A stretch of DNA of 64,000 nucleotides from Sedimentisphaerales bacterium (lineage in GTDB: Bacteria; Planctomycetota; Phycisphaerae; Sedimentisphaerales; UBA12454). Below are positions 62,835 through 64,000 of this stretch, one piece after another (position 1 is the stretch's first letter; each line of letters begins with the position of its first letter). Position numbers and translations under genes: made by a program. The notes beneath the pieces were generated by a model, which made no database searches, had not been told where the DNA came from, and saw only the letters and a program-made list of their open reading frames with translations. Location: NCBI GenBank assembly GCA_016930635.1, contig JAFGGI010000062.1, positions 12,463 to 76,462 on the forward strand, written 5' to 3'.

Positions 62835-64000
62835 CTAACCTATATTTTTAAGGACATTATCCAGTATTTCGACGGCTTTGTCTATTTGTTTTGCAGTAAC
62901 GTTCATAGCGGGCATAAAACGCAGGACTTTTTCCTGTGTGCAATTTATCCTTAGACCGTTTTTCAGGCAGTCATTTACTATCTGGCCGCCCGGTGCGGTA
63001 AGCTGAATCCCTATCATCAGGCCCTTGCCGCGGACGTGGTCGATAATACTGTGTTTATCTTTTAGCTGAGTCAGCTTTTCGGCGGCGTGTTTTCCCATTT
63101 TTTGAGCGTTTTCGAGGAGGTTTTCTTCTTCTATGGCTTCGATCACTGCGATGCCGGCGGCGCAGGCGATGCAGTTTCCGCCGAAGGTGGAGGCATGTGT
63201 GCCGGGCACAAGAGAGGCTGCGATTTCCGGCTTTGCCATCATAGCGCCGATAGCGACACCTCCGCCGAGGGCTTTTGCCATTGTGATTATATCCGGAACA
63301 ACATCATAGTGCTGATAGCCGAACCACTTGCCGGTACGTCCCATTCCGGTCTGTACCTCGTCGAGTATCATTAGGGCATTGCTTTGATCGCAGAGTTTGC
63401 GTATGGCCGACATATATTCAGGTGTGGCGACGTTGATCCCGCCTTCACCCTGTATTGGTTCGATCATTACCGCGGCGACTTCATCGTCGAAGGCTTTTTC
63501 CAGTTCTGCAACATCGTTAAATGGGACATAAACAAAGCCGGGGACGACTGGCTGGAAGTTTTCAAATTTTTTCGGCTGTGCGGTAGCGGTCATTGCGCCA
63601 AACGTTCGACCGTGAAAACTGCCGGTAGCTGTGATGAATTTATATTTACTTTTCGGCGTATGAATACGGGCGAGTTTTAGCGCGGCTTCGATTGCTTCAG
63701 CGCCGCTATTGCAGAAGAAGCATTTTCCGCTGAAGGCGCGTTCGCTGAGCAGTTTTGCAAGATTGCCCTGCAGTTCGGTGTAAAAGGTATTATCCATATG
63801 GAGGAGCTTTTGAGCCTGTGCCTGGATAGCTTTTACAACTTTCGGGTGGCAGTGACCTATTCCGCTGACGGCCCAACCGGGGAACATATCGAGGATCTCG
63901 TTGCCGTCGGTGTCGTGGATATAGCTTCCCTGGCCGCGGTCAATGACGCGGGGGAGGCGTCCGTAATTAGCGATTACGTAATTATCGAACGATTTGATTA
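62835..64000 (-). CDS. argD: acetylornithine aminotransferase (class III PLP), 5' end beyond the window
   Basis: The track starts it at the internal M at 63887. The frame stays open to 64000 (IKSFDNYVIANYGRLPRVIDRGQGSYIHDTDGNEILDMFPGWA). Motifs are LILDEVQTGMGRTGK and TFGGN. It is adjacent to argF. Confidence 0.9.
   Translation of the reverse strand, partial: IKSFDNYVIANYGRLPRVIDRGQGSYIHDTDGNEILDMFPGWAVSGIGHCHPKVVKAIQAQAQKLLHMDNTFYTELQGNLAKLLSERAFSGKCFFCNSGAEAIEAALKLARIHTPKSKYKFITATGSFHGRTFGAMTATAQPKKFENFQPVVPGFVYVPFNDVAELEKAFDDEVAAVMIEPIQGEGGINVATPEYMSAIRKLCDQSNALMILDEVQTGMGRTGKWFGYQHYDVVPDIITMAKALGGGVAIGAMMAKPEIAASLVPGTHASTFGGNCIACAAGIAVIEAIEEENLLENAQKMGKHAAEKLTQLKDKHSIIDHVRGKGLMIGIQLTAPGGQIVNDCLKNGLRINCTQEKVLRFMPAMNVTAKQIDKAVEILDNVLKNIG

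Overview
64 kb of bacterial chromosome, mostly housekeeping genes on both strands: trpE, ahcY, archease-rtcB, an ECF sigma/anti-sigma cluster, nikR, pfk, proC, dnaX, recR, rpoN, hemL, a SEDS protein, dnaA, rsmB-fmt-def-lptB, ribH-nusB, rsmE, greA, topA and rdgB-argF-argD. Pseudopilin-type N-termini, a dockerin-tailed secreted protein and a corrinoid/ETF redox cluster suggest an anaerobic PVC-group organism (Planctomycetota/Phycisphaerae-like); this is inference only. No rRNA, tRNA or CRISPR array was seen. One ncRNA is well supported: a small SRP (4.5S) RNA at 22083-22180 (-). Nearly every intergenic region is a mosaic of short dispersed repeat modules, which also create false N-terminal ORF extensions. 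The accessory content sits in three places. (1) A 3.6-kb islet splits dnaX from recR and carries a RAYT-like HUH gene, an AT-rich unknown gene, an HNH-AP2 nuclease and an orphan Flp pilin. (2) A second HNH-AP2 paralog lies next to a 1069-aa single-chain Type IIG restriction-modification enzyme. (3) A solo HEPN-motif ORF sits at 12.8 kb. The most interesting non-protein signals are a candidate Trp-codon leader-peptide attenuator upstream of trpE, an A9G recoding site in dnaX, a 155-nt structured leader or 6S-like RNA upstream of topA that shares a 15-mer with the dnaA upstream region, a CU-rich terminator-bearing sRNA candidate inside a 1.25-kb gene-free gap, and a tandem pair of tail-anchored mini-proteins. 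All calls come from reading the sequence and the ORF track by eye. No database search or folding computation was run.
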